A stretch of 64,000 nt of DNA, taken from Squalus acanthias. Taxonomy: Eukaryota. The notes under the pieces were generated by a model, which made no database searches, was not told where the DNA came from, and worked only from the letters and a program-made list of their open reading frames with translations. Location: assembly GCA_030390025.1 (NCBI GenBank), contig JASTWF010000322.1:434001-498000 (forward strand), written 5' to 3'. Of the stretch, positions 24,801 through 37,736 are shown in pieces. The translations under genes and the position numbers were made by a program. Each line of letters begins with the position of its first letter. The stretch's first letter is position 1.

Positions 24801-27496
24801 TGGGACAGTGTAGAGGGAGCTTTACTCTGTATCTGACCCCGTGCTGTACCTGCCCTGGTAGTGTTTGATGGGACAGTGTAGAGGGAGCTTTACTCTGTAT
24901 CTAACCCGTGCTGTACCTGCCCTGGGAGTGTTTGATGGGACAGTGTAGAGGGAGCTTTACTCTGTATCTAACCCCGTGCTGCACCTGCCCTGGGGGTGTT
25001 TGATGGGACAGTGTAGAGGGAGCTTTACTCTGTATCTAACCCCGTGCTGTACCTGCCCTGGGAGTGTTTGATGGGACAGTGTAGAGGGAGCTTTACTCTG
25101 TATCTAACCCCGTGCTGTACCTGCCCTGGGAGTGTTTGATGGGACAGTGTAGAGGGAGCTTTACTCTGTATCTAACCCCGTGCTGTACCTGCCCTGGGAG
25201 TGTTTGACGGGACAGTGTAGAGGAAGCTTTACTCTGTATCTAACCCGTGCTGTACCAGCCCTGGGAGTGTTTGACGGGACAGTGTAGAGGAAGCTTTACT
25301 CTGTATCTAACCCCGTGCTGTACCTGCCCTGGGAGTGTTTGATGGGGACAATGTAGAGGGAGCTTTACTCTGTATCTTACCCCGTGCTGTACCTGCCCTG
25401 GGAGTGTTTGATGGGGACAGTGTAGAGGGAGCTTTACTCTGTATCTAACCCGTGCTGTACCTGCCCTGGGAGTGTTTGATGGGGACAATGTAGAGGGAGC
25501 TTTACTCTGTATCTAACCCCGTGCTGTACCTGCCCTGGGAGTGTTTGATGGGGACAATGTAGAGGGAGCTTTACTCTGTACCTAACCTGTGCTGTACCTG
25601 CCCTGGGAGTGTTTGATGGGACAGTGTAGAGGGAGCTTTACTCTGTATCTAACCCCGTGCTGTACCTGCCCTGGGAGTGTTTGATGGGGACAATGTAGAG
25701 GGAGCTTTACTCTGTATCTAACCCGTGCTGTACCTGCCCTGGGAGTGTTTGATGGGGACAGTGTAGAGGGAGCTTTACTCTGTATCTAACCACGTGCTGT
25801 ACCTGTCCTGGGAGTGTTTGATGGGGACAATGTAGAGGGAGCTTTACTCTGTATCTAACCCGTGCTGTACCTGCCCTGGGAGTGTTTGATGGGACAGTGT
25901 AGAGGGAGCTTTATTCTGTATCTAACCCGTGCTGTACCTGCCCTGGGAGTGTTTGATGGGACAGTGTAGAGGGAGCTTTACTCTGTATCTAACCCGTGCT
26001 GTACTTGCCCTGGGAGTGTTTGATGGGACAGTGTAGAGCGAGCTTTACTCTGTATCTAACCCGTGCTGTACCTGCCCTGGGAGTGTTTGATGGGACAGTG
26101 TAGAGGGAGCTTTACTCTGCATCTAACCCGTGCTGTACCTGCCCTGGGAGTGTTTGATGGGACAGTGTAGAGGGAGCTTTACTCTGTATCTAACCCGTGC
26201 TGTACCTGCCCTGGGAGTGTTTGATGGGACAGTGTAGAGGGAGCTTTAATCTGTATCTAACCCGTGCTGTACCTGCCCTGGGAGTGTTTGATGGGACAGT
26301 GTAGAGGGAGCTTTACTCTGTATCTAACCCGTGCTGTACCTGCCCTGGGAGTGTTTGATGGGACAGTGTAGAGGGAGCTTTACTCTGTATCTGACCCCGT
26401 GCTGTACCTGCCCTGGTAGTGTTTGATGGGACAGTGTAGAGGGAGCTTTACTCTGTATCTAACCCGTGCTGTACCTGCCCTGGGAGTGTTTGATGGGACA
26501 GTGTAGAGGGAGCTTTACTCTGTATCTAACCCCGTGCTGCACCTGCCCTGGGGGTGTTTGATGGGACAGTGTAGAGGGAGCTTTACTCTGTATCTAACCC
26601 CGTGCTGTACCTGCCCTGGAAGTGTTTGATGGGACAGTGTAGAGGGAGCTTTACTCTGTATCTAACCCGTGCTGTACCTGCCCTGGGAGTGTTTGATGGG
26701 ACAGTGTAGAGGGAGCTTTACTCTGTATCTAACCCCGTGCTGTACCTGCCCTGGGAGTGTTTGCCGGGACAGTGTAGAGGAAGCTTTACTCTGTATCTAA
26801 CCCGTGCTGTACCTGCCCTGGGAGTGTTTGACGGGACAGTGTAGAGGAAGCTTTACTCTGTATCTAACCCCGTGCTGTACCTGCCCTGGGAGTGTTTGAT
26901 GGGACAGTGTAGAGGGAGCTTTACTCTGTATCTAACCCCGTGCTGTACCTGCCCTGGGATTGTTTGACGGGACAGTGTAGAGGAAGCTTTACTCTGTATC
27001 TAACCCGTGCTGTACCTGCCCTGGGAGTGTTTGATGGGACAGTGTAGAGGGAGCTTTACTCTGTATCTAACCCCGTGCTGTACCTGCCCTGGGAGTGTTT
27101 GATGGGGACAATGTAGAGGGAGCTTTACTCTGTATCTAACCTGTGCTGTACCTGCCCTGGGAGTGTTTGATGGGACAGTGTAGAGGGAGCTTTACTCTGT
27201 ATCTAACCCCGTGCTGTACCTGCCCTGGGAGTGTTTGATGGGGACAATGTAGAGGGAGCTTTACTCTGTATCTAACCCGTGCTGTACCTGCCCTGGGAGT
27301 GTTTGATGGGGACAGTGTAGAGGGAGCTTTACTCTGTATCTAACCCCGTGCTGTACCTGCCCTGGGAGTGTTTCATGGGACAGTGTAGAGGGAGCTTTAC
27401 TCTGTATCTAACCCCGTGCTGTACCTGCCCTGGGAGTGTTTGATGGGACAGTGTAGAGGGAGCTTTAATCTGTATCTAACCCGTTGCTCCTTTTAG

Positions 27497-27781
27497 AGAC
27501 AGGGGCCAAGGACGGAGGGGAATTCGCAGACTGGCTCCTGGAGGTACTGCAGACTAAGGGGTACCGGGATGGACTGCGGTCAGACAAGCTGGCCATCCTG
27601 TGCGTCAAGCAGCGGAGAGAGGCGCTGTCGGAATCTCTGGAGGCTGCCGGATATCCATCTCTGCGGGAATTCCTGGTCGACCTGCCCGAGGTGGAGACGG
27701 TGCCGATCCGAGGACAGCAGAAGAGCTTTGTCATCCGGCTGCGTCCCAGTGACGGGGAATCTGCGGGCGGAACACCAAATG
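27497..27781 (+). CDS. Multi-LOTUS gene exon B: LOTUS domain 2
   Basis: CCTTTTAG acceptor, G|GTGAAC donor, phase 1-1, 285 nt; FADWLLEVLQTKGYRDGLRSDKL...AAGYPSLREFLVDLPEVETV. Confidence 0.8.
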
Positions 27782-29148
27782 GTGAACAGCTAGGACTGGA
27801 GCTCGATAATCCAGGCCCACACTCCCCGGTGCCAGTACTGAGGGAGCGCTGCACTGTCGGAGGTAGATGTATATACTCTAGGACTCGAGCTCCATAATCC
27901 AGGCCCACACTCCCCGGTGCCAGTACTGAGGGAGCGCTGCACTGTCGGAGGTAGATGTATATACTCCAGGACTCGAGCCCCATAATCCAGGCCCACACTC
28001 CCCGGTGCCAGTACTGAGGGAGTGCTGCACTGTCGGAGGTAGATGTATATACTCTAGGACTCGAGCTCCATAATCCAGGCCCACACTCCCCGGTGCCAGT
28101 ACTGAGGGAGCGCTGTACTGTCGGAGGTAGATGTATATACTCCAGGACTCGAGCCCCATAATTCAGGCCCACACTCCCTGGTGCCAGTACTGAGGGAGCG
28201 CTGCACTGTCGGAGGTAGATGTATATACTCTAGGACTCGAGCTCGATAATCCAGGCCCACACTCCCCGGTGCCAGTACTGAGGGAGCGCTGCACTGTCGG
28301 AGGTAGATGTATATACGCTAGGACTCGAGCCCCATAATCCAGGCCCACAGTCCCCGGTGCCAGTACTGAGGGAGTGCTGCACTGTCGGAGGTAGATGTAT
28401 ATACTCTAGGACTCGAGCCCCATAATCCAGGCCCACACTCCCCGGTGCCAGTACTGAGGGAGTGCTGCACTGTCGGAGGTAGATGTATATGCTCTGGGAC
28501 TCGAGCCCCAAAATCCAGGACCACACTCCCCGGTGCCAGTACTGAGGGAGCGCTGCACTGTCGGAGGTAGATGTATATACTCCAGGACTCGAGCCCCATA
28601 ATCCAGGCCCACACTCCCTGGTGCCAGTACTGAGGGAGCGCTGCACTGTCGGAGGTCGATGACTATACCCTGGGACTCGAGCCCCATAATCCAGGCCCAC
28701 ACTCCCCGGTGCCAGTACTGAGGGAGTGCTGCACTGTCAGAGGTAGATGTACGTACTCTAGGACTCGAGCCCCATAATCCAGGCCCACACTCCCCGGTGC
28801 CAGTACTGAGCCCCGCTGCACTGTCGGAGGTGGATGTATATACTCTGGGACTTGAGCTGAGAAACAAGGGAGCCCTCGTTTAACGCGCCAGGTGAGGATT
28901 GGGCCAGGCGGCGATGCCTTCAGCAGTCGAATAGCCCGGCATGTGCGCTGTCGGGGGGAGAGGGTTTCGATTGGTGGCCACTTGTGTGCAGTATGGCGGA
29001 TGGCTGCCCGCCGAACGCAGTTACCCGCACCCCACCCCCAGCCTTGCAATCCGGTTGGGATCGTGCTGTGCCGCCCTTGCCCTCCGTCGGATAGCGCCCG
29101 GCGCTCCTCCTCTCCTCCGTACTGACCCCTTCTCTCAATGTGTTTCAG

Positions 29149-29283
29149 TGGCATCTCCCCTCGCAGGCCCGCCCGCTGTGAACAGCTCCTCCTCGGACAC
29201 CCACAGCTCGGTGAGGGAACCGCAGCCGTCTTCGATGACCGCAGCTGAACATCCGGCCCCAGTCACAGTGCAGAGTGCCGTCG
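29149..29283 (+). CDS. Multi-LOTUS gene exon C1: Ser/Pro-rich linker
   Basis: CTGAC branch motif and TGTTTCAG acceptor, G|GTGAGC donor, 135 nt, phase 1-1; VASPLAGPPAVNSSSSDTHSSVREPQPSSMTAAEHPAPVTVQSAV. Confidence 0.7.
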
Positions 29284-30518
29284 GTGAGCTCACTCCCCAT
29301 CCATTCACCACTGCCCCCTCAGTCTGTATATACTCTAGGACTTGAGCCCCATAATCCAGGCCCACACTCCCCGGTGCCAGTACTGAGGGAGCGCTGCACT
29401 GTCAGAGGTAGATGTATATACTCTAGGACTCGAGCCCCATAATCCAGGCCCACACTCCCCGGTGCCAGTACTGAGGGAGCGCTGCACCGTCGGAGGTAGA
29501 TGTATATACTCTAGGACTCGAGCCCCATAATCCAGGCCCACACTCCACGGTGCCAGTACTGAAGGAGTGCTGCACTGTCGGAGGTAGATGTATATACTCT
29601 AGGACTCGAGCTCCATAATCCAGGCCCACACTCCCCGGTGCCAGTACTGAGGGAACGCTGCACTGTTGGAAGTAGATGTATATACTCTAGGACTCGAGCC
29701 CCATAATCCAGGCCCACACTCCCCAGTGCCAGTACTGAGGGAGCGCTGCACTGTCGGAGGTAGTTGTATATACTCTAGGACTCGAGCCCCATAATCCAGG
29801 CCCACACTCCCCGGTGCCAGTACTGAGGGAGCGCTGCACTGTCGGAGGTAGATGTATATACTCTAGGACTCGAGCCCCATAATCTCGGCCCACACTCCCT
29901 GGTGCCAGTACTGAGGGAGCGCTGCACTGTCGGAGGTAGATGTATATACTCTAGGACTCGAGCCCCATAATTCAGGCCCACACACCCCGGTGCCAGTACT
30001 CAGGGAGCGCTGCACTGTCGGAGGTAGATATATATACTCTAGGACTCGAGCCCCATAATCCAGGCCCACACTCCCCGGTGCCAGTACTGAGGGAGCGCTG
30101 CACTGTCGGAGGTAGATGTATATACTCTAGGACTCGAGCCCCATAATCCAGGCCCACACTCCCCGGTGCCAGTACTGAGGGGGCGCTGCACTGTCGGAGG
30201 TAGATGGATATACTCTGGGACTTGAGCTGAGAAACAAGGGAGCCCTCGTTTAACGCGCCAGGTGAGGATTGGGCCAGGCGGCGATGCCTTCAGCAGTCGA
30301 ATAGCCCGGCATGTGCGCTGTCGGGGGGAGAGGGTTTCGATTGGTGGCCACTTGTGTGCAGTATGGCGGATGGCTGCCCGCCGAACGCAGTTACCCGCAC
30401 CCCACCCCCAGCCTTGCAATCCGGTTGGGATCGTGCTGTGCCGCCCTTGCTCTCCGTCGGATAGCGCCCGGCGCTCCTCCTCTTCTCCGTACTGACCCCT
30501 TCTCTCAATGTGTTTCAG

Positions 30519-30653
30519 TGGCATCTCCGCTCGCAGGCCCGCCCGCTGCGAACAGCTCCTCCTCGGACACCCACAGCTCGGCGAGGGAACCGCAGCCGTC
30601 TTCGAGGACCGCAGCTGAACATCCGGCCCCAGTCACAGTGCAGAGTGCTGTCG
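30519..30653 (+). CDS. Multi-LOTUS gene exon C2: tandem duplicate of C1
   Basis: Same splice signals, offset 1370 nt; VASPLAGPPAANSSSSDTHSSAREPQPSSRTAAEHPAPVTVQSAV. Confidence 0.65.
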
Positions 30654-31670
30654 GTGAGCTCACTCCCCATCCATTCACCACTGCCCCCTCAGTCTGTATA
30701 TACTCTAGGACTTGAGCCCCATAATCCAGGCCCACACTCCCCGGTGCCAGTACTGAGGGGGCGCTGCACTGTCGGAGGTAGATGTATATACTCTAGGACT
30801 CGAGCCCCATAATCCAGGCCCACACTCCCCAGTGCCAGTACTGAGGGAGCGCTGCACTGTCGGAGGTAGTTGTATATACTCTAGGACTCGAGCTCCATAA
30901 TCCAGGCCCACACTCCCCGGTGCCAGTACTGAGGGAGCGCTGCACTGTCGGAGGTAGATGTATATACTCTAGGACTCGAGCCCCATAATCCAGGCCCACA
31001 CTCCCCGGTGCCAGTACTGAGGGAGTGCTGCACTGTCGGAGGTAGATGTATATACTCTAGGACTCGAGCCCCATAATCCAGGCCCACACTCCCCGGTGCC
31101 AGTACTGAGGGAGTGCTGCACTGTCGGAGGTAGATGTATATACTCTAGGACTCGAGCCCCATAATCCAGGCCCACACTCCCCGGTGCCAGTACTGAGGGA
31201 GTGCTGCACTGTCGGAGGTAGATGTATATACTCTAGGACTCGAGCCCCATAATCCAGGCCCACACTCCCCGGTGCCAGTACTGAGGGAGTGCTGCACTGT
31301 CGGAGGTAGATGTATATACTCTAGGACTCAAGCCCATAATCCAGGCCCACACTCCCCGGTGCCAGTACTGAGGGAGCGCTGCTCTGTCGGAGATAGATGT
31401 ATATACTCTAGGACTCGAGCCCCATAATCCAGGCCCACACTCCCCGACACGATCGTGTCCCTGTCTGTCTCGTTCAGAGGGACCTGGCAGTCCTTGTACA
31501 GGAAACACAGAGAGTTATCATGCAGGTACAGCAAGCAATTAGGAAGGCAAATGGCCTTTATTGCAAGGGGTTTGGAGTAAGGAACTCCTGCTACAATTGT
31601 ACAGGGCCTTGGTGAGACCACACCTGGAGTACTGTGCACAGTTTTGGTCTCCTTATCTCATAGAGTCATA

Positions 31671-32563
31671 GGGGTAAAAATTCAGTTGGTTGCGCCTCCC
31701 GTTAGCGCCTTAAGAGGGCGCTAATGGGGCGCAAAGCCGCTAACGCCCGGGCGCAGCGATGTTTGCGACGCTCGGGAACTTAACTAGAGATTGTGCGGCG
31801 GCGCTAAACTTTACCGCTGCGACCACCTGCGCGCGCAGATTGTGACGTCATTCCATGGTGCAACGCCCTTGTGGCGCCCCGGAGCAGAAGTTGAGTGGCG
31901 CCCCCTGCCTTACCGCCTGGCGCATCCAACGACCAGAAGACTGGAACGCTATCAATCGCTGTGGGGCTGGGGGGGGCGCTATTTAAAGGGGGCCTCTTCC
32001 TGTCTTTTATTGTTGGTGGCATTTTTGAACTACGCATTCTGAGAGAGAGAGGGAGAGACTTCTGGAGAGATTCAACATTGTGTGAAGGAGTTTTGGGTAC
32101 TGAGCAGCACTTTGCAGCTTCATTTTGATTTGCCATTCCTTGTATCGATTTAGCAGAGACTGTGGGAGCTGCACTCTGAGCTCTTTGCCTGGTACTCTCC
32201 ATTGTTCTTTCCAGCACATTTGATGTGCAAGTCTCTCCAGGCCGAGATTCAAGGCTGCAATGAACAGGATGTGGATGGAAAGCAAGATTAACCATCCCCT
32301 TTAAGAACTGGCCCGTGCCATTGTGTGTGTGTTCCATTGCTGACTGACATTACATGAGCTTCGCCAGCGCTCTGAGTTAGCGCCTCACTCCTTGGCCTTT
32401 GCGCCTTAAGACAGGTGTGCAGCACCTGATTTAGCGCTCCACTCACCTCCCGGGGTGGTAAAAGTGAAGTTTCCAGTCAGTGCCGATAATTAGCGCCAGG
32501 CGCTAATATTTGCGTCCAGACGATATTTGCCCCCCAAATGGGGCGCGACCTAATTTTTCCCCC
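31671..32563. mobile_element. Non-autonomous DNA transposon / MITE-like element
   Basis: Imperfect TIRs (GGGGTAAAAATT...GCGCC and GGCGCGACCTAATTTTTCCCCC), flanked by ATA, interrupting a CR1 tail; no transposase seen. Confidence 0.55.
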
Positions 32564-33165
32564 ATAGAGTTATACAGCACGGAAGGAGGCCCTTCGGCCC
32601 ATCGTGTCCGCGCCGGCCATCAAGCCCTGTCTATTCTAATCCCATTTTCCAGCACTTTGTCCGTAGCCTTGTATGCTATGGCGTTTCAAGTGCTCATCTA
32701 AATGCTTCTTGAATGTTGTGAGGGTTCCTGCCTCGACCACCCTTTCAGGCAGTGAGTTCCAGATTCCAACCACCCTCTGGGTGAAAAAGTTTTTCCTCAA
32801 ATCCCCTCTAAACCTCCTGCCCCTTACCTTGAAACTATGCCCCCTGGTTATTGACTCCTCTACTAAGGGGAAAAGTTCTTTTCTATCTACCCTATCTACG
32901 CCCCTCATAATTTTGTACACCTCAATCAGGTCCCCCTCCTCAGCCTTCTCTGCTCTAAGGAAAACAACCCCAGCCTGTCCAGTCTCTCTTCATAGCTGAA
33001 GCGCTGCAGCCCAGGTAACATCCTGGTGAATCTCCTCTGCACCCTCTCCAATGCAATCACATCCTTCCTATAGTGTGGCGACCAGAACTGCACACAGTAT
33101 TCCAGCTGTGGCCTAACTAGCGTTTTGTACAGCTCCATCATAACCTCCCTGCTCTTATATTCTAT

Positions 33166-34107
33166 TGAGAGGTCGCACAACACCAGGTTATAGTCCAACA
33201 GTTTTATTTGAAATCACAAGCTTTCGGAGCTATCGATTTGCTCCTTCCTCAGGTGAAGTAAATTAGATACAGAATCCCCAAAGCATATATAGATAGAAAA
33301 CAAAGCATGTGTACTTTACAATTGCAGACCAATAAATTAAATCATCCTGACTATCTGCCAAGGTGTGATAAAGTTAATTAAGTCAGCCAGGAAGGTACCA
33401 CATCAAAGACATAGCAAGATACAACTGAGACAATGAGGTGTAGTCGCAGTAGTTCCCAGTCGGGGAACACTTCAGCAGTCAAGGACATTCAGCCTCGGAT
33501 CTGCGGGTAAGCGTTCTCCAAGGCAACCTTAGAAACACACGACAACGCAAAATCATCGAGCAGAAACTGATAGCCAAGTTCCGCACTCATGAAGACGGTC
33601 TCAATCGGGATCTTGGGTTTATGTCACGATACATGACGTGATCCGGACTCGAGTCGTCGTTAGCTTGTTCACAGATGTGATTCCCAGTAAAAAAGTAAAA
33701 ATTTTCCCAGTAAAAAAGTAAAAAAATGTTAAAGCTTTTCGTTTTACATACAGACGGCAGCTTTTGACACGTTAGAACCCCTGCGACTACACCTCATTGT
33801 CTCAGTTGTATCTTGCTATGTCTTTGATGTGGTACCTTCCTGGCTGACTTAATTAACTTTATCACACCTTGGCAGATAGTCAGGATGATTTAATTTATTG
33901 GTCTGCAATTGTAAAGTACACATGCTTTGTTTTCTATCTATATATGCTTTGGGGATTCTGTATCTAATTTACTTCACCTGAGGAAGGAGCAAATCGATAG
34001 CTCCGAAAGCTTGTGATTTCAAATAAAACTGTTGGACTATAACCTGGTGTTGTGCGACCTCTCAATTTTGTCCACCCCAGTCCAACACCGGCATCTCCGC
34101 ATCATGA
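33166..34107 (+). mobile_element. Truncated Penelope-like element with 286-bp inverted pLTR
   Basis: Arms 33164-33449 and 33781-34066; spacer encodes PVGEHFSSQGHSASDLRVSVLQ...RKIIEQKLIAKFRTHEDGLNRDLGF (GIY-YIG C-terminus); TSD CTTATATTCTAT at 33154-65 and 34108-19. Confidence 0.88.
33974..34016 (+). ncRNA. Minimal hammerhead ribozyme (mirror copy on the minus strand at 33214-33256)
   Basis: TCAC-CTGAGGA-A-GGAGC(aaatcgata)GCTCC-GAAA-GC-TT-GTGA. Confidence 0.75.
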
Positions 34108-35270
34108 CTTATATTCTATGCCTCGGCTAATGAAGGCAAGTATCACATATCCCACTTGCCTTGGAGGCGGTGCAACGAAGGTTCACTAGATTGATTCCTG
34201 GGATGAGAGGGCTGTCCTATGAGGAGAGATTGAGTAGATTGGGCCGATACTCCTGGAGTTTAGAAGAATGAGAGGTGATCTCATTGAAACGTATAAGATT
34301 CTGAGGGGGGATTGACAGGGTAGATGCTGAGAGGCTGTTTCCGCCTGGCTGGAGAGTCTAGAACCAGGGGTCACAGTCTCAGGATAGGGGTCGGCCATTT
34401 AGGACATAGAAACAGAGAAAAATAGGAGCAGGAGTCGGCCATTCGGCCCTTCGAGCCTGCTCCGCCATTCAATATGATCGTGGCTGCTCTTCTATCTCAA
34501 TACCATATTCCCGCTCTCTCCCCATACCCCTTGATGCCTTTTGTGTCTAGAAATCTATCGATCTCCTTCTTAAATATATTCAGTGACTTGGCCTCCACAG
34601 CCTTCTGTGGTAGAGAATTCCACAGGTTCACCACCCTCTGAGTGAAGAAATTTCTCCTCATCTCAGTCCTAAATGTCCTACCCCGTATCCTGAGACTGTG
34701 ACCCCTCGTTCTAGATCCCCCCCCCAGCCAGGGGAAACATCCTCCCTGCATCCAGTCTGTCTAGCCCTGTCAGAATTTTATACATTTCCACGAGATCCCC
34801 CTCTCATTCTTCTAAACTCTAGTGAATACAGGCCTAGTCGACCCAATCTCTCCTCATACGACAATCCTGCCATCCCAGGAATCAGGACTGAGATGAGGAG
34901 GAATTTCTTCACCCAGAGAGTAGTGAACCTGTGGAATTCTCTACCACAGAAGGCAGTTGAGGCCAAGTCATTAAATATATTCAAGAAGGAGTTAGATATA
35001 TTTTTTAAGGCTAAAGGGATCAAGGGATATGGAGAGAAGGCAGGGACACGATACTGAATTTGGATGATCAGCCATGATCTCATTGAATGGCCTACTCCTG
35101 CTCCTATTTCTTATGTTCTATTCACCATTATCATCCTCCTCTGTGGAATATCTCTCCGCCATTGACTGTCTTAGTTGACCAGTTAACCTCAAGCACTCCC
35201 ACCCCTTAATCAATTTGGGAACTCCAAGTGTAACTTGGGGGTGTCTTTGCCTCTTGTTCCCTTTGCATAG

Positions 35271-35492
35271 ACCTTTGTGCGACATTAATCGTAGACCTGC
35301 TCAAAGAGCAGACCCTGGGACTGAAGGTGAAGACCTTGCGGGATCGATTCACACGGGAGTACGGGCACGATCTGCTGGGGCTGGTCCAGGAAATGGGCTA
35401 CAGTAACCTCATCCACTTTCTCCAGGAAATCCCCGGAGTCCACCTCTCGGATCCTCAACGCCCCATAAACTGCAACGTTACACTGGAGTCAG
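35271..35492 (+). CDS. Multi-LOTUS gene exon D: LOTUS domain 3
   Basis: Polypyrimidine tract plus CATAG acceptor, CAG|GTAAGG donor, 222 nt, phase 1-1; LIVDLLKEQTLGLKVKTLRDRFTREYGHDLLGLVQEMGYSNLIHFLQEIPGV. Confidence 0.85.
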
Positions 35493-35559
35493 GTAAGGTC
35501 CTTGGTGACGGAGGTGCCGGCATCCGAGAGTGGGGCAGGCTTGTGTCAGAAGGCCCCTA

Positions 35560-36105
35560 CACTCCAGAGATTCGAGCTCCATAACCCAGGCCCACACTCC
35601 CCAGTGCCAGTACTGAGGGAGCGCTGCACTGTCGGAGGTAGATGTATATACTCTAGGACTCGAGCCCTATAATCCAGGCCCACACTCCCCGGTGCCAGTA
35701 CTGAGGGAGCGCTGCACTGTCGGAGGTAGATGTATATACTCTAGGACTCGAGCCCTATAATCCAGGCCCACACTCCCCGGTGCCAGTACTGAGGGAGCGC
35801 TGCACTGTCGGAGGTAGATGTATATACTCTAGGACTCGAGCCCTATAATCCAGGCCCACACTCCCCGGTGCCAGTACTGAGGGAGCACTGCACTGTCGGA
35901 GGTAGATGTATATACTCTAGGACTCGAGCCCCATAATCCAGGCCCACACTCCCCGGTGCCAGTACTGAGGGAGCGCTGCACTGTCGGAGGTAGATGTATA
36001 TACTCTAGGACTCGAGCCCCATAATCCAGGCCCACACTCCCCGGTGCCAGTACTGAGGGAGCGCTGCACTAGTGGAGGTAGATGTATATACTATAGAACT
36101 TGAGC
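35560..36105. repeat. 88-bp array
   Basis: About 6 units directly after exon D. Confidence 0.95.
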
Positions 36106-37321
36106 CAAAGAGGACAGTTTTAAGGAGCGTCTTCAAGGAGGAGAGAGAGGCGGAGAGGTTTAGGGAGGGAATTCCAGAGCTCAGGGCCCCAGGCAGCTGA
36201 AGGCACGGCCACCAATGGTGGAGCGATGGAAATTGGGGATGCGCAAGAGGCCAGAATTAGAGGAGCGCAGAGATCTCGGAGGGTTGTAGGGACTGGAGGA
36301 GGTTACAGAGATAGGGAGGGGGCAAGGGGCCATGGAGGGATTTGAACAGGAGGATGAGAATTGTAGGGCTGGAGGAGGTTACAGAGATAGGGAGGGGTGA
36401 GGGCCATGGAGGGATTTGAACAGGAGGATGAGAATTGTAGGGGCTGGAGGAGGTTAGAGAGATAGGGAGGGGGCGAGGGCCATGAGGGGATTTGAACAGG
36501 AGGATGAGAATTGTAGGGGCTGGAGGAGGTTACAGAGATAGGGAGGGGGCGAGGGGCCATGGAGGGATTTGAACAGGAGGATGAGAATTGTAGGGGCTGG
36601 AGGAGGTTACAGAGATAGGGAGGGGGCGAGGGCCATGGAGGGATTTGAACAGGAGGATGAGAATTGTAGGGCTGGAGGAGGTTACAGAGATAGGGAGGGG
36701 GTGAGGGCCATATAGGGATTTGAACAGGAGGATGAGAATTGTAGGGGCTGGAGGAGGTTACAGAGATAGGGAGTGGGGTGAGGGCCATGGAGGGATTTGA
36801 ACAGGAGAATGAGAATTTTAGGGGCTGGAGGAGGTTACAGAGATAGGGAGTGGGGTGAGGGCCATGGAGGGATTTGAACAGGAGAATGAGAATTTTAGGG
36901 GCTGGAGGAGGTTACAGAGATAGGGAGTGGGGTGAGGGCCATGGAGGGATTTGAACAGGAGGATGAGAATTGTAGGGGCTGGAGGAGGTTACAGAGACAG
37001 GGAGGGGGCGAGGACCATGGAGGGATTTGAACAGGAGGATAAGAATTGTAGGGGCTGGAGGAGGTTACAGTGATAGGGAGGGGGCGAGGGCCATGGAGGG
37101 ATTTGAACAGGAGGATAAGAATTGTAGGGGCTGGAGGAGGTTACAGTGATAGGGTGGGGGCGAGCACAGCGGGTGATGGGTGAACGGGACTCGGTGCGAG
37201 TTAGGACATGGAGGCAGCGAGAGTTTGGGACGGGCTGACGTTCTTGGAGGGTGGGAGACCGGCCTCGAGTGTCAATAATCGCGCCCGGAGTAATTTATCT
37301 CTCTGTCGTTTCGCCTTACAG

Positions 37322-37642
37322 CTCCGGAACCTGACCCGCCTGCTGCGGCCCCTGCCCCGGCCCCTGCCCTGGCGCCCCCGTGTCCCCAGGAGCCCGAGAC
37401 CCCCTGGCAGGTCCGGGAGAACGTCTGTCAGCTCGTGGAGCAACACGGGGAGGGGCTGGCGATCTCCCAGCTTCAGCGGGCCTACGTGGCTGTCTACCGC
37501 CGACCCCTGACCCCCCTGGGTTACAGCTCCGTGAAGGAACTGCTGCAGGACATGGCTGACCGCGTTTCCCTGGAAGGCCTCGGCGTCCAGACCCGGATCT
37601 TCCCCTGTTCGGCTACGCGGGGCACCATCCATCGGGACACGG
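37322..37642 (+). CDS. Multi-LOTUS gene exon E: Pro/Ala linker plus LOTUS domain 4
   Basis: CCTTACAG acceptor, G|GTAAGG donor, 321 nt, phase 1-1; VRENVCQLVEQHGEGLAISQLQRAYVAVYRRPLTPLGYSSVKELLQDMADRV. Confidence 0.85.
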
Positions 37643-37736
37643 GTAAGGATTTGGGACCTAGATTCATCGCCGATGCGTCTTCCTGTGCTTTTGTGGATTG
37701 CCAGCTTGGATCCGTCAGTATCTCTCGCAGGAGTCC

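Larger units (their letters stand above)
18510..27483. repeat. 59-61 bp tandem satellite (GTGCTGTACCTGCCCTGGGAGTGTTTGATGGGACAGTGTAGAGGGAGCTTTACTCTGTATCTAACCC), split by the Penelope element
   Basis: More than 100 near-identical units in 18510-20220 and 21811-27483. Confidence 0.98.
27790..31447. repeat. Three 88-bp arrays (27790-28850, 29325-30220, 30695-31447) flanking exons C1 and C2
   Basis: Directly visible. Confidence 0.95.
32564..35120. mobile_element. Patchwork of CR1 3' fragments in both orientations (host of the Penelope insertion)
   Basis: Repeated [11 protein letters not shown] and NFFTQRVV motifs. Confidence 0.85.

Noticed and set aside
18510..27483. CRISPR-like appearance of the 60-bp and 88-bp arrays
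   Set aside because: Units are head-to-tail with no unique spacers, there are no cas genes, and the context is vertebrate.
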